Assembly: GCA_021792255.1 (NCBI GenBank)
Contig: JAJYUZ010000003.1
Location: 256,001-320,000 of the forward strand
Direction: 5' to 3'
DNA length: 64,000 bases
Origin: Thermoplasmata archaeon
GTDB lineage: Archaea > Thermoplasmatota > Thermoplasmata > Thermoplasmatales > GCA-001856825
The notes under the pieces are model-generated. The model was not told the origin of the DNA, ran no database searches, and was given only the letters and a program-made list of their open reading frames with translations. This document shows, one piece after another, positions 6,963-17,254 of the stretch (position 1 is its first letter; each line of letters begins with the position of its first letter). The position numbers and the translations under genes are program-made.

Positions 6963-8405
6963 TCACTTCATTGGAGGGAACAGGATTACTTCCTTTATCG
7001 AAGTCTGATCTGTGAACAGCATTGAAGGTCTATCAATGGATATTCCGATTCCAGCAGTGGGAGGCATTCCGTACTCCATTGCCCCGATAAATTCCTCATC
7101 GAATGGAGGGGCCTCTTCGTCTCCCTTCTTCCTCTCTGTTTCTTGATCTTCAAACATTTTCCTCTGGTACATAGGATCTGTGAGCTCTGAATATGAGTTG
7201 GCGACTTCCATTTTTCCAACGTACAGTTCGAATCTCTCCGCGAGAAGCGGATTCCCTCTCTTTATCTTTGTCAGGGGGCACATGTATGCGGGAAAATCCA
7301 TGATGAAAGTTGGCTGTACGGTCTTGCTCTTCAGGTACTTGTCAAAGAGTGAATCTGCCACATGGTACGGGTCCGGATGTTTCAGCTCAAGTTTCTCCGC
7401 TTTGTTGATCTTCTCTGCCTCTTCATCCGACATCGTAGAGACATCAGTTCCCATAATGTTCTTCAGTTGTTCCACCCAGTACATTCTTGCAAACGGAGGC
7501 GTGAAATCTACAGTCTCGCCCTGATACTTGATTTTCAGAGTTCCAAACGTCTTGAGTACGAAGGAACTCAACATATCTTCCATCATTTTCATGAAAGTTT
7601 CATAGTCGCTGTAAGCTTCATAGTATTCTATTTGAGTGAATTCTGGATTGTGAGTCGTATCTGCATCCTCATTCCTGAAGTCTTTTGAGACTTCGTAGAC
7701 ACGCTCTGCGCCGCCGATGATCAATCTTTTCAAATACAGCTCGTCCGAAATCCTGAGGAACATCTGTTTGTCATCCAGGGTATGATAGGTCGTCTTGAAC
7801 GGTTTGGCCTTGGCACCACCGTAGACGTCTTGCAGAATTGGAGTCTCTACTTCGATTCCTCCTCTCGAATCGAGGGTATCTCGAACGTGACGTAAGAATT
7901 TTGATCGTATCTCAAAAGTTCTAAGGACTTCCTGATTCATCATCAGGTCCACGTGTCTGTACCTGTACCTAGCTTCCGTGTCCGTCAGCCCTTGCCACTT
8001 ATTCGGCAGAGTTCTCAACGTTTTTGAGAGCATGGTAATTTCTCTGACTCCAACGCTGATCTCTCCCCTCTTGCTTTTCATTACTATTCCTCTGATTCCT
8101 AGGGTATCGCCTATGGAGGAGTTAGCTAGTACCAGGAGTGATTTCTGGTCTAGTTCGTTGTTCCGAACCAGCGACTGAATCTTCCCCGACCGGTCCTGGA
8201 TATCTATGAAGGTTATTCCACCCATCTGCCTCATTTGCATTGCCCTACCTGCCATACTAACTTCCTTCCCTTCCATTTCATCAAAATTGTCCTTGATCTC
8301 CTTTGCGTGGTGGGTGACCGCATAAGAATACGGGTATGGTTCTATTCCAGCCATTCTTAGGGCATTTATACTCTCGAGCTTCGCCTCGTCTATAGTGGAA
8401 ATAAT
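6963..8405 (-). CDS. lysS: Lysyl-tRNA synthetase, class II (start uncertain; ORF open to 8522)
   Basis: OB-fold N-terminus; motif 2 FRNED..HNPEF; motif 3 YGMPPTAGIGISIDR. Confidence 0.95.
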   Translation of the reverse strand: MISTIDEAKLESINALRMAGIEPYPYSYAVTHHAKEIKDNFDEMEGKEVSMAGRAMQMRQMGGITFIDIQDRSGKIQSLVRNNELDQKSLLVLANSSIGDTLGIRGIVMKSKRGEISVGVREITMLSKTLRTLPNKWQGLTDTEARYRYRHVDLMMNQEVLRTFEIRSKFLRHVRDTLDSRGGIEVETPILQDVYGGAKAKPFKTTYHTLDDKQMFLRISDELYLKRLIIGGAERVYEVSKDFRNEDADTTHNPEFTQIEYYEAYSDYETFMKMMEDMLSSFVLKTFGTLKIKYQGETVDFTPPFARMYWVEQLKNIMGTDVSTMSDEEAEKINKAEKLELKHPDPYHVADSLFDKYLKSKTVQPTFIMDFPAYMCPLTKIKRGNPLLAERFELYVGKMEVANSYSELTDPMYQRKMFEDQETERKKGDEEAPPFDEEFIGAMEYGMPPTAGIGISIDRPSMLFTDQTSIKEVILFPPMK

Positions 8406-8496
8406 ACCACCTCGGTACGAATTAATGTGCGTAGCATTGTCACTATCATAAACTTCATTCACCACTGTTATGGAACAAACTGACCGCGCCGAATCA

Positions 8497-9099
8497 TTAC
8501 TTGAGCAACCTAGCTCTGACAAGAGACCTCAGCGGAACTCCGTCGATTTCGTCCTTTACCGTTTTGTTCGTTAGAACCACGACAAGTATTGGGTTTCCTT
8601 TCTCCTTCTTTACTGCGCTCAGTGCTTTGGAAATTGTTTCCCCAGTGCTCACAACATCATCGACCAGCACGACGTTCTTTCCGGAGATATCGGCGTAGTT
8701 ACTAGAAAATGTTCCCTCTCCCTTTGTGGTTATTGATCGGTAAATTCCGAGTTCCGTTCCGAGAATGTCAGAAAGGAAGGTTGCATAGGGTATTCCATTG
8801 ATCGTTATACCGACAATAGTGTCTATTTCCTTCTCCAGTCTCTGAGTTTCTTCCTCAATTATATCTGCCATTATTTCGGCAATATTGTAGATTCTGTTTG
8901 AATAGACCCCGATGCTTCTCCACCCTATCTTGACATCCCCGGGAGCCTTCTCAATCTTCGATTCGCCGCTGAGCAACCAAATTATGGTATTAACGGAAAG
9001 GTGCATCTCGGTAGCAATATCTTTGTCATTCATCCCTTTCTGCTTGAGTTGTTTTGCAGACTCTGCTAGTTCTTCGATACTCTTCATATTTATCACCAT
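8497..9099 (-). CDS. Orotate-phosphoribosyltransferase-like HTH regulator (GfcR-type)
   Basis: N-terminal HTH (DIATEMHLS..TIIWLL) plus PRT motif VVLVDDVVSTG. Confidence 0.85.
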   Translation of the reverse strand: MVINMKSIEELAESAKQLKQKGMNDKDIATEMHLSVNTIIWLLSGESKIEKAPGDVKIGWRSIGVYSNRIYNIAEIMADIIEEETQRLEKEIDTIVGITINGIPYATFLSDILGTELGIYRSITTKGEGTFSSNYADISGKNVVLVDDVVSTGETISKALSAVKKEKGNPILVVVLTNKTVKDEIDGVPLRSLVRARLLK

Positions 9100-9157
9100 T
9101 CAGCACTCATAGGGGTCATCACAGCCTTAGCTCAGCTGACCCTTATATCATCACACA
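9098..9157 (-). ncRNA. Box C/D-type sRNA
   Basis: Minus strand: C GTGATGA (9154-9148), 12 nt, D' CTGA (9135-9132), C' GTGATGA (9122-9116), 12 nt, D CTGA (9103-9100). TATA-like TTTATATT about 25 nt upstream. Confidence 0.85.
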
Positions 9158-9331
9158 TTCCAATATGTATTAAGAATATAAACTCTTTTTTGGGGATGAA
9201 TCACTAAGAGCCTTGCTTTTGGCATCTGTATTGCGCTCTAATTCAATTTATAGCCGTAGAGGAGGTGAGGGATGTACAGTGCTTATGCACTATGGCACAC
9301 AGCTAAAATATCAGCAGGTGATGTTCAGAGC

Positions 9332-10744
9332 GTGCACACTGTTTTGGACTCAAGAATTTTGGACGCTAACGCGCAGTTTTCGGGGGTCAACATGGAAGCA
9401 CTCATGAATCGTGCAGGTCGAGCAGTGGCTAAACTAGTCAAATCGTTGAACCCAAAGAGGGTACTGATCGTCTGCGGAAGAGGAAACAACGGAGGAGATG
9501 GATACATGGCTGCGTCTATCTTGAGAAAGGATGGAATCTCAGTAGATTGTTATCCAGCTTCCACCCCTTCAAGCGATCTTTGCAAGAAGAAACACGACGC
9601 CTTCCTCAAGATTGGAGGAAATGTCGTGAAATCATTAGACGGACAGAAATACGATCTGATAGTGGACGCACTCCTGGGAGTCGGAGTGTCTGGACCACCA
9701 AGGGAACCATACGCCTCGATCATAAAACGACTGAACAAGTCAGGCGTGAAAATACTCTCTGTCGACGTTCCATCTGGATTCCCTTCGAACAACGTGGTTA
9801 AACCGCAATTTACGGTCTCTATGCAGTTCCAGAAGGAAGGAATGACAAGATCCAATAGTGGAAAGATCGTGGTGTCAGATGTCGGTTTCACGAAGGACGT
9901 GATCGATATGATAGGTCCTGGAGATATGATTGCTTTCCCTTCTTCTCCTAAGTATTCCCACAAGGGAGAGAACGGAATATGCGTATTGGTGGGAGGGAGC
10001 AAGAAGTATTACGGCGCCCCGCTTTACATGGCAGAATCGGCACTTCGGATGGGACCAGATCTCGTGAACTTATTCACGCCGTCCAGCATTCACGAATACG
10101 TAGCTTCCAACTGTCAAGGCATAATACTTGGAAAATCAGGAATTGTCGATATTGAATTCAATTATGATCTCATGAAAATTCTCAAGGAGAGGGCAGATTC
10201 TCTCGCGATAGGACCGGGGATTTCCAAGAGCCCAAAAGCACTGGAAGAGGCATCCAAGATAATAGATTTCACTCTTTCTCAGAAGAAGCGCATGGTAATT
10301 GATGCGGATGCCCTAGAAGCAACAAGAAATATCAGTGACTTTGAGAGAAATACTGTTCTAACTCCGCACAGGGGAGAGTTCAGATCGACATTCGGCCTAG
10401 ATCCCACAGAAGAAAATGCAAAGAAAGTCGCTAGAAAGATCAATGCCGTGATACTCTTGAAGGGTGAGATTGACATTGTGACAGATGGAGAGATCCTGAA
10501 GAAAAACAAGTCCTTCCATCATCAGAGCATGACGCGGGGAGGGACTGGAGATCTTGTCACGGGATCCGTCGCCGGGATACTGGCGAGAAAGGTCGACCCC
10601 CTGCACTCTGCATTCCTGGCATCCTATATCGTAGGGCAAGCCGGCCTGACCGCATTCACGAGGATGGGATATGGCTATTTCACATCTGACCTATTGGCCA
10701 TAATGCCTGAAATTTTGGTTTCTGGCATAAAACAAAATTCATAA
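9332..10744 (+). CDS. nnr: Bifunctional NAD(P)HX epimerase/dehydratase
   Basis: GRGNNGGDG, VDALLG, SVDVPSG, SHKGENG, TPHRGEF, GGTGD. GTG start at 9332 after AGGTGA (ORF open from 9272). Confidence 0.92.
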   Translation: MHTVLDSRILDANAQFSGVNMEALMNRAGRAVAKLVKSLNPKRVLIVCGRGNNGGDGYMAASILRKDGISVDCYPASTPSSDLCKKKHDAFLKIGGNVVKSLDGQKYDLIVDALLGVGVSGPPREPYASIIKRLNKSGVKILSVDVPSGFPSNNVVKPQFTVSMQFQKEGMTRSNSGKIVVSDVGFTKDVIDMIGPGDMIAFPSSPKYSHKGENGICVLVGGSKKYYGAPLYMAESALRMGPDLVNLFTPSSIHEYVASNCQGIILGKSGIVDIEFNYDLMKILKERADSLAIGPGISKSPKALEEASKIIDFTLSQKKRMVIDADALEATRNISDFERNTVLTPHRGEFRSTFGLDPTEENAKKVARKINAVILLKGEIDIVTDGEILKKNKSFHHQSMTRGGTGDLVTGSVAGILARKVDPLHSAFLASYIVGQAGLTAFTRMGYGYFTSDLLAIMPEILVSGIKQNS

Positions 10745-10765
10745 CCAAGCTAACAATCGGTTATT

Positions 10766-11866
10766 ATGGTGTCGGTAGGAGAGATAATGACCACAAAACT
10801 GATTACACTGACTACCGAAGACTTCATTTCTATTGCAATCGCGAAGATGAGCGACAACAAAGTGCACCATATCCCCGTTGTTGACGGGAAGGGGGAGTAT
10901 GTTGGCATGTTAGATTACAATCTCCTCTACAAGAGGGAATCCATACCTGTCACGACTAAAGTGAAGACCGTAATGGAAAGAACTACCTCTATCTCAGCCG
11001 ATGCATCCGTCGCCGAAGCTGCAAGGCTAATGATTGACAGCGGATTGAAGGCACTGCCGGTTAGTGAGAAGAACAAGATAAAGGGAATCGTAACTTCGAC
11101 TGATATAGTTCATTCCATAAATTCCATTCCAGAAGTGGCAAATCTTCTCGCTTCAGATATAATGTCTGGAGAACCCATTACGGTCACCGAAGATGATGAT
11201 CTGGTCGAAGCACTTAGAAAAATGAGGGATATCGATGAGACGAGCATACCAGTGGTGAACGATGAAGGAAGAGTCACTGGTATGGTGAACATCAACGACA
11301 TTAGCAAAGAACTTTGGAGGGAAAGAGGGAGGATGAGGCAGGGTGAATATTACAGGAACAAGGCCAGACCGTCCGTCAAGGACGTCATGGTTGCCCCCCT
11401 CGTGACCAACCCGAACAAGAAACTGTCGTCGTGCATGAAAGACCTGATTGATTCAGAAGCGAGGGTATGCACAGTGGTCGATGAGAACATGATGCCAGAG
11501 GGTGTGATAAGTCAGGGCGACATACTCGGAGAAATCGTCAAAGGCTTCACTGGCGGATCTGTCCTAGTCAACCTGTCGGGCGCAAGATTTGACGACCCTG
11601 AGGTGTATGACAAGCTATATTCGATTATCGAAAAATCTGCAAAATCGATTGCGAAGTTCAAGCGCATGAAGCCCATGCTCATAAACGTCCACATAGAGGA
11701 ATACAATCAAACGGGGAAGGAGATCAAGTACTCAATAAGAGGAAAAATGGTCACCGAGTCTAAGACATTCTTCACTAGGAGCTGGGATTGGAATATCTTC
11801 AGAGCCGTCAAAGAACTTATGGGCCAGTTCGAGAAAATGGTCCAGAAAAATAAGAACTATAAATAG
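10766..11866 (+). CDS. CBS-domain protein (4 CBS plus C-terminal HPF-like domain)
   Basis: Repeated IM.../IPVVD/LPV/G.V+ CBS motifs; C-terminal KYSIRGK...SWDWN. Confidence 0.85.
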   Translation: MVSVGEIMTTKLITLTTEDFISIAIAKMSDNKVHHIPVVDGKGEYVGMLDYNLLYKRESIPVTTKVKTVMERTTSISADASVAEAARLMIDSGLKALPVSEKNKIKGIVTSTDIVHSINSIPEVANLLASDIMSGEPITVTEDDDLVEALRKMRDIDETSIPVVNDEGRVTGMVNINDISKELWRERGRMRQGEYYRNKARPSVKDVMVAPLVTNPNKKLSSCMKDLIDSEARVCTVVDENMMPEGVISQGDILGEIVKGFTGGSVLVNLSGARFDDPEVYDKLYSIIEKSAKSIAKFKRMKPMLINVHIEEYNQTGKEIKYSIRGKMVTESKTFFTRSWDWNIFRAVKELMGQFEKMVQKNKNYK

Positions 11867-11880
11867 ACGGGGGTGAAACT

Positions 11881-13263
11881 ATGGAAGAACTCGTAGACAA
11901 GGCGTTAGACTATGCTTCAAAGAGGTCCAAATTTGCCGAGGTAAGGTTCGCATCATCCACGAGGAATGTGGTGCTCACGAAGAACGGAACTATTTCGGCA
12001 ACTGGCTACTCGGTTGATTCTGGACTGGCAATAAGAGTGCTGGACAATTCCGTCGCATTCTCTTCGATAAACATACCTGAATGGAACCGAGTCAGAGACG
12101 AAATTGATAGAGCCTTGATGATGGCAAAGAAACATGGCAGGAACAGATTTTCTAACGAAAATCCAGTAAAGGATTCTTGGCAGGTAGACCAAATAAAAAG
12201 AATAGAAGACGTATCGTTCGAGGAGAGGGTCTCCCAGTTAAAGGGAATAGACAACCTATTGATCGATGAGAAAATTTCGATGAGAATACTGGCCCTGAAT
12301 GACAATGTGGAAGAAGAGTACAATGTCAACTCTGAGGGCCTATCGCTCAGGTCAAAACTTCCGAAAATTTCTTTCTTTGCAATGATCGGATTCATGGAGA
12401 ATGGCAATTTTGAGCAGGGAACCGTAGAACTTGGATATTCAGGAGGATACGAAGCACTTGGCGAATGGAAACTCGACAAAAGAGTGAAACACGAATCGGA
12501 CGTGCTAAAGAGCGCAGCGAGAGCAAAGAAACTGAAGGATGGCGTGTACGACTTGGTAGCTGGTCCGGAAATATCAGGCATCGTCGCACACGAAAGCTGC
12601 GGTCATCCGACAGAATCTGACAGGATATTAGGAAGGGAGATGGCTCAGGCAGGCGAGTCCTTCATTAAGAAGAACGATAAGGGGAAGAGGGTGGGATCGG
12701 ATGTCGTGAATCTCGTAGACGACCCGACACTGGAACATAGCTTTGGGTTCTACAGATACGACAGAGATGGCGTCAAGTCGAGGAAGAGGTATCTCTACAA
12801 GAATGGATTGATCAACGAATTCCTGAGCAACAGGGAAAGCGCTGGACGCCTCGACGTGAAGAGCAACGGTGCATCGAGGTCATCGGAGTGGGACAAGGAG
12901 CCTCTTGTACGGATGAGTACTACGTACATCGAGCCTAACGATCATACCTACGAAGAGCTGATTGAAGACGTCAAGGATGGGATCTATATGAAGAGTTTCA
13001 CTGAGTGGAACATTGACGACATACGGTTCAATGAAAAGTACGTTGGAAGAGAGGCTTATCACATTCAGAATGGTGAATTGAAGGAAACGATAAAGCGACC
13101 CGTCATTGAGACCACCACGATCAACTTCTATTCTTCAATAGACGCAATAGGGAAAGATCTGGAATTTTCTGCAGGTTCCTGCGGGAAAGGAGACCCAATG
13201 CAGGGGGTTGATGTCTGGATGGGTGGCCCCCACATCAGGTTACGTAACCTGAACGTGAGGTAG
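11881..13263 (+). CDS. tldD: TldD metalloprotease
   Basis: HESCGHPTESD and CGKG motifs. Confidence 0.92.
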   Translation: MEELVDKALDYASKRSKFAEVRFASSTRNVVLTKNGTISATGYSVDSGLAIRVLDNSVAFSSINIPEWNRVRDEIDRALMMAKKHGRNRFSNENPVKDSWQVDQIKRIEDVSFEERVSQLKGIDNLLIDEKISMRILALNDNVEEEYNVNSEGLSLRSKLPKISFFAMIGFMENGNFEQGTVELGYSGGYEALGEWKLDKRVKHESDVLKSAARAKKLKDGVYDLVAGPEISGIVAHESCGHPTESDRILGREMAQAGESFIKKNDKGKRVGSDVVNLVDDPTLEHSFGFYRYDRDGVKSRKRYLYKNGLINEFLSNRESAGRLDVKSNGASRSSEWDKEPLVRMSTTYIEPNDHTYEELIEDVKDGIYMKSFTEWNIDDIRFNEKYVGREAYHIQNGELKETIKRPVIETTTINFYSSIDAIGKDLEFSAGSCGKGDPMQGVDVWMGGPHIRLRNLNVR

Positions 13264-14568
13264 GTGCGTATGGAAATTGAGAAGATATACGAAAAACTTG
13301 AAAAGAAAGTCGACCAAGCTGCAGTAAAACTCTCGAGATCGAGGATTACCCAGATCAGATTTTCTAATAACATGATAGACATAAGCAACGAGTGGAATGA
13401 AGAGCTGGCGTCGGTATTCCTTGCTAAGAACGGAAGGACGTTCATATTCGATCTGAAGAGTGAAAAAGACCTTGAGAAGATAGTTCCTCGCTCGCTTGCT
13501 GCGATGGAAAATATTGAAAAGAACAGTGACTTCATCAGTCTCAACGACAAGAAGAACGTTTACAGGAAAAAGAGGATAAAAAACGAAAAGTTGAGAGAAG
13601 TAGACAGCCAGGAGTTTGTGAGCGGATTCGTTGATGAACTCAAGCCATTTGTGAAGAGGTTAGGTGGGGTATTCTACAAGAAAGAAATAGTGGAGGCGAT
13701 CAAGACTCCATTCAATAGTGGAAGCGAAGAACAGTTTGGAGTTGAATTCGTATCGAGAGTCTTTAACGACCATGATTATCCAGTTCAGATTTCATTCACA
13801 AGCTCGTCTGATGACGATCTGCCAGCACTGATGAAGAGGGGGAATGAAGCACTTGGCCTTTCCAGGAGGGTCAAGAACATAAAGGATGGAAGAGAAGGGA
13901 AGTTCAATGTGATATTCAGTCCCCTGTGTTTTGCCTCACTGGTGTCTTATACCGCTCCGATGGCCTCTGCGTTTCAGATAGATTCTGGAATGTCTATGTT
14001 TGCCGATAGAATGGGTGAAAGAATAGGAAGCAGTTTGTTCACCCTGTACGACGATCCGACAGATGATTCGATGCTGAATTCAAAGACCTTCGACGATGAA
14101 GGTACCTCAACAAGAAAGACTCCTGTGATAGAGAAAGGTATAGTTAAGAATTTCCTTCACAACTTCTCAACTGCAAAGAAATATAGCGTAGAGACCACTG
14201 GAAATGCAGGGATTATCAGTCCTAGTCCCTGGCAGATTTCGGTAGAGCCTGGAAGTGAAGATGTCGATGACATGATAGCATCTACTAAAAAGGGACTTTT
14301 CATAAACAATACCTGGTACACAAGATTTCAAGACTACAGGGAAGGAATTCTATCCACTGTCCCTAGGGACGGAATATTCTATGTGGAAAACGGTGAAATA
14401 ACGGAGAGTTGGGGAGGCATCAGAATTTCCGATTCCCTCCTTCATATGTACAAGAACATCGAAGGCATTAGCAGAGAAACCGAAAAGGTGAAGTGGTGGG
14501 ATGAAACAATGCACACCAAATCTCCATATGTTGCTGTAGCTGACGTGAACATATCCAGAAGCAAGTAG
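13264..14568 (+). CDS. pmbA: PmbA/TldE partner
   Basis: IRFSNN, FDDEG, TTGNAG; adjacent to tldD; lacks HExxGH. Confidence 0.88.
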   Translation: MRMEIEKIYEKLEKKVDQAAVKLSRSRITQIRFSNNMIDISNEWNEELASVFLAKNGRTFIFDLKSEKDLEKIVPRSLAAMENIEKNSDFISLNDKKNVYRKKRIKNEKLREVDSQEFVSGFVDELKPFVKRLGGVFYKKEIVEAIKTPFNSGSEEQFGVEFVSRVFNDHDYPVQISFTSSSDDDLPALMKRGNEALGLSRRVKNIKDGREGKFNVIFSPLCFASLVSYTAPMASAFQIDSGMSMFADRMGERIGSSLFTLYDDPTDDSMLNSKTFDDEGTSTRKTPVIEKGIVKNFLHNFSTAKKYSVETTGNAGIISPSPWQISVEPGSEDVDDMIASTKKGLFINNTWYTRFQDYREGILSTVPRDGIFYVENGEITESWGGIRISDSLLHMYKNIEGISRETEKVKWWDETMHTKSPYVAVADVNISRSK

Positions 14569-14652
14569 CGAAGCTTTAAGCTTGCCAGACTCCGGTTCTC
14601 TCAACTTTTGTAACTCAGAAATGTAGATATATTAAGTTCAGTTCCTCAATTG

Positions 14653-14688
14653 CTCACTGCCCCTTGGCCCCTCCTATCGGGCAGTGAG
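14653..14688. repeat. GC-rich 10-bp inverted repeat
   Basis: CTCACTGCCC (14653-62) / GGGCAGTGAG (14679-88) in AT-rich intergenic DNA. Confidence 0.7.
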
Positions 14689-15044
14689 TTTAAATTATCT
14701 CTGTGAATATCACAGTTGTCGGTTTAATTTTGAATTTAAGGTTCTATGACCTCCTCTTGCCTGCTGGTCTATCCATTTTTGCAAGTTTTATCCAAAAATA
14801 AAGATTGTTTGTCTCTTCCAAAGGTGCTTGACTAGACAGACAAACGTCTTCTATTTCGACTACTCTGTACTGCAGCTTTACTCCTTTCCATCCCAAGATC
14901 GGACCGCAATAACTAATGATGAGGCTCTGTACTATGACAAAAACGATTTACTCAATAAAGTTAAAAGGAAAATAGCCGATGCTGATGTTCCAAATCCGCT
15001 GAACCTGTCTCCTAATCTCGAAATGCTGGTGCCTAGTCCCTTGA

Positions 15045-15671
15045 TTATAGCAAACTCCCAAGTTTCTTGTTTGCCTCGTCCCAGTTGACTATGTGCCACC
15101 AAGCACTTACATAATCTGCTCTCTTGTTCTTGTACTGGAGATAATAAGCGTGCTCGAACTCGTCCAAAATCAGGACAATTGGCATCTCTGCGAGATGGTT
15201 CATGAAGTGATTTTCCACCGTCATGATGTTCAGATTGCTGTTCTCCTTGTCATACGTCAGGACAGCCCATCCTGTACCGGGATTTGAGTTTGCAGCCTCT
15301 GTGAATATCTTCCTGAACTTCTCATAGCTACCGTATTGCTGCTCTATCATGTCTCCGAGCTTGCCACCTGGCTTGTCTCCACCTTTGCCTTCTGGTGCCA
15401 TATTGTTCCAGTACAGCGTATGGAGCTTGTCCCCGTTAATGTTGAATGTGAGATTTCTCAATACCCCGTGAATATCATAGCTCTTTACCTCCTCCTTTAT
15501 AATTCCATTCAGCCGATCTATAAGATTATTGGCTGTATTTACATAGGCCTTATGATGGCCATTGTAGTGGACATCCACTATATCCCTGTTGATGTGGGGT
15601 TCTAGCCCGTCAATTCGGTAAGGTAGCTGGGGTAACTCATATTTATTTAATCCCTTATATTCCACCATCAA
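15045..15671 (-). CDS. sod: Fe/Mn superoxide dismutase
   Basis: [24 protein letters not shown]. Confidence 0.95.
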   Translation of the reverse strand: MMVEYKGLNKYELPQLPYRIDGLEPHINRDIVDVHYNGHHKAYVNTANNLIDRLNGIIKEEVKSYDIHGVLRNLTFNINGDKLHTLYWNNMAPEGKGGDKPGGKLGDMIEQQYGSYEKFRKIFTEAANSNPGTGWAVLTYDKENSNLNIMTVENHFMNHLAEMPIVLILDEFEHAYYLQYKNKRADYVSAWWHIVNWDEANKKLGSLL

Positions 15672-16036
15672 ATCACCGACTCAACATATGAAGGCTCGTT
15701 TTAATATTTTTGTCAAGATGTTAGGAAATCCTTTCAAAATTTCTTTGCCCTCGGCGAAAAAATTATGTACCCAAAACCTCAGTTCATAGCGAGTTTTGAT
15801 GGCAATGATGAAAGAGTGGATTTCGGATATCATTTTCGCTCTCTGAAGAATGAAACGACGTAGGATACAGTCTATCGAAATGCAGTGCAATCTCCATTAG
15901 GCTGGTACTTTCAAAATCCTTAGAATCGCTCTTAGGTATATTGACTGGTTACTCGCTGCTTGAGATTAAATCAGAGACCGGGGTATCAGACTAAAATCCC
16001 TGGAACCACTTTGGGATGGATTGTTGCTTTAACATT

Positions 16037-17164
16037 CTAGTTCTTAAGGAGAGCTTTTGCGATTACTATTTTCCTGACTTCTGTGGTTCCAGCTCCGATC
16101 TCGTAGAGTATTGCATCCCTGAGGTATCTTTCTAGCGGATATTCTTCGGAATATCCATATCCTCCAAATATCTGCAAAGCATCCTTTGTAATACTCGTGG
16201 CAGTTTCCGATGCAAGCATTATCGAAGCAGCTGCAAAGGAAGGGTCAGACACCTTCTCCTTCGCAAGGAAAGCCGCCTTGTAAGCGAGCAGTCTGGCTGC
16301 TTCTAGCCTAGTGAACATGTATGCCAGTTTTTCCTGAATGAGCTCGAACTCCCCAATCTTTTTCCCAAATTGCTCCCTCTGATTGCTGTAGTTCAGAGCT
16401 TCATCTAATGCTCTTCTTGCAATTCCAAGAGGACCAAATGCTAGAACGGCGCGTTCCGCATTAAGGCCATTGTAGATGATGCTCTTCGCTTGTCCCTCTC
16501 CTTTAATAATTCGTTCCTTTCCGACCCTTATATTCTTAAATGAGACCTCTCCAGTCGGAGAACCCCTCATGCCAAATTTCCTGATTTTCTTTGGAGTTTC
16601 GACCCCGTCTCCTCTTTCTAGGATAAATGCGGAATATGATTTTCCGTTTTTTGCATAGACCAGAAAAACGTCTGCTAGGGGGGCGTTCGTAATGAAGGTC
16701 TTTGAGCCATTTATTTCGTAACCATCTCCCTTACTTTCGTATGTGGTTCTCATGCCACCAAGCGCATCCGAACCAGCTCCAGGCTCTGTGAGGCACAATG
16801 AGCCCATTTTTTCTCCTGACACTAGTCCAGGTAAGTACTTTTCTTTTTGTTCCTTTCCTGCATTTCTGCTGATGTTGTCAGCGACCAGATTATTGTGGGC
16901 ACCATAAGAGAGCCCAAACGATCCTGAATAGTAGGATATCTCCTCCATCGCTACCCCCTCGGTAAGATAATCTAGCCCTGCACCTCCGTACTCTTCCGGT
17001 ATGGTGAGACCCAGCATCCCTAGTCTGCCCATCTCTCTGAAAATTTCAACTGGGAATTGATCTTCCCTGTCAATTCTTGCTGCGATGGGTTCTATCTTCT
17101 TCACTGCGAATTCCTTAATTAAATCTCTAATCGCAATGGTTTCATCCTTGAGTTTGAAATCCAT
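16037..17164 (-). CDS. Acyl-CoA dehydrogenase (isovaleryl-CoA DH-like)
   Basis: LSYGAH, LTEPGAGSD, KTFITN, REQFGKKI, EIGAGTTEV. Confidence 0.9.
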   Translation of the reverse strand: MDFKLKDETIAIRDLIKEFAVKKIEPIAARIDREDQFPVEIFREMGRLGMLGLTIPEEYGGAGLDYLTEGVAMEEISYYSGSFGLSYGAHNNLVADNISRNAGKEQKEKYLPGLVSGEKMGSLCLTEPGAGSDALGGMRTTYESKGDGYEINGSKTFITNAPLADVFLVYAKNGKSYSAFILERGDGVETPKKIRKFGMRGSPTGEVSFKNIRVGKERIIKGEGQAKSIIYNGLNAERAVLAFGPLGIARRALDEALNYSNQREQFGKKIGEFELIQEKLAYMFTRLEAARLLAYKAAFLAKEKVSDPSFAAASIMLASETATSITKDALQIFGGYGYSEEYPLERYLRDAILYEIGAGTTEVRKIVIAKALLKN

Positions 17165-17254
17165 CTTCCTTCATTTCTTTATCTTTATTCCAATTAAATA
17201 ATTTCTCCGAGTGAACAAAAGATTATTAGCACCAAGAAAGTATGGAAACATTCG

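Noticed and set aside
14828-15088. 86-aa ORF and similar short ORFs at 15681, 27811-28088 and 49121-49428
   Set aside because: Weak starts, no motifs and overlaps with real genes; possibly decayed DNA but not assignable.
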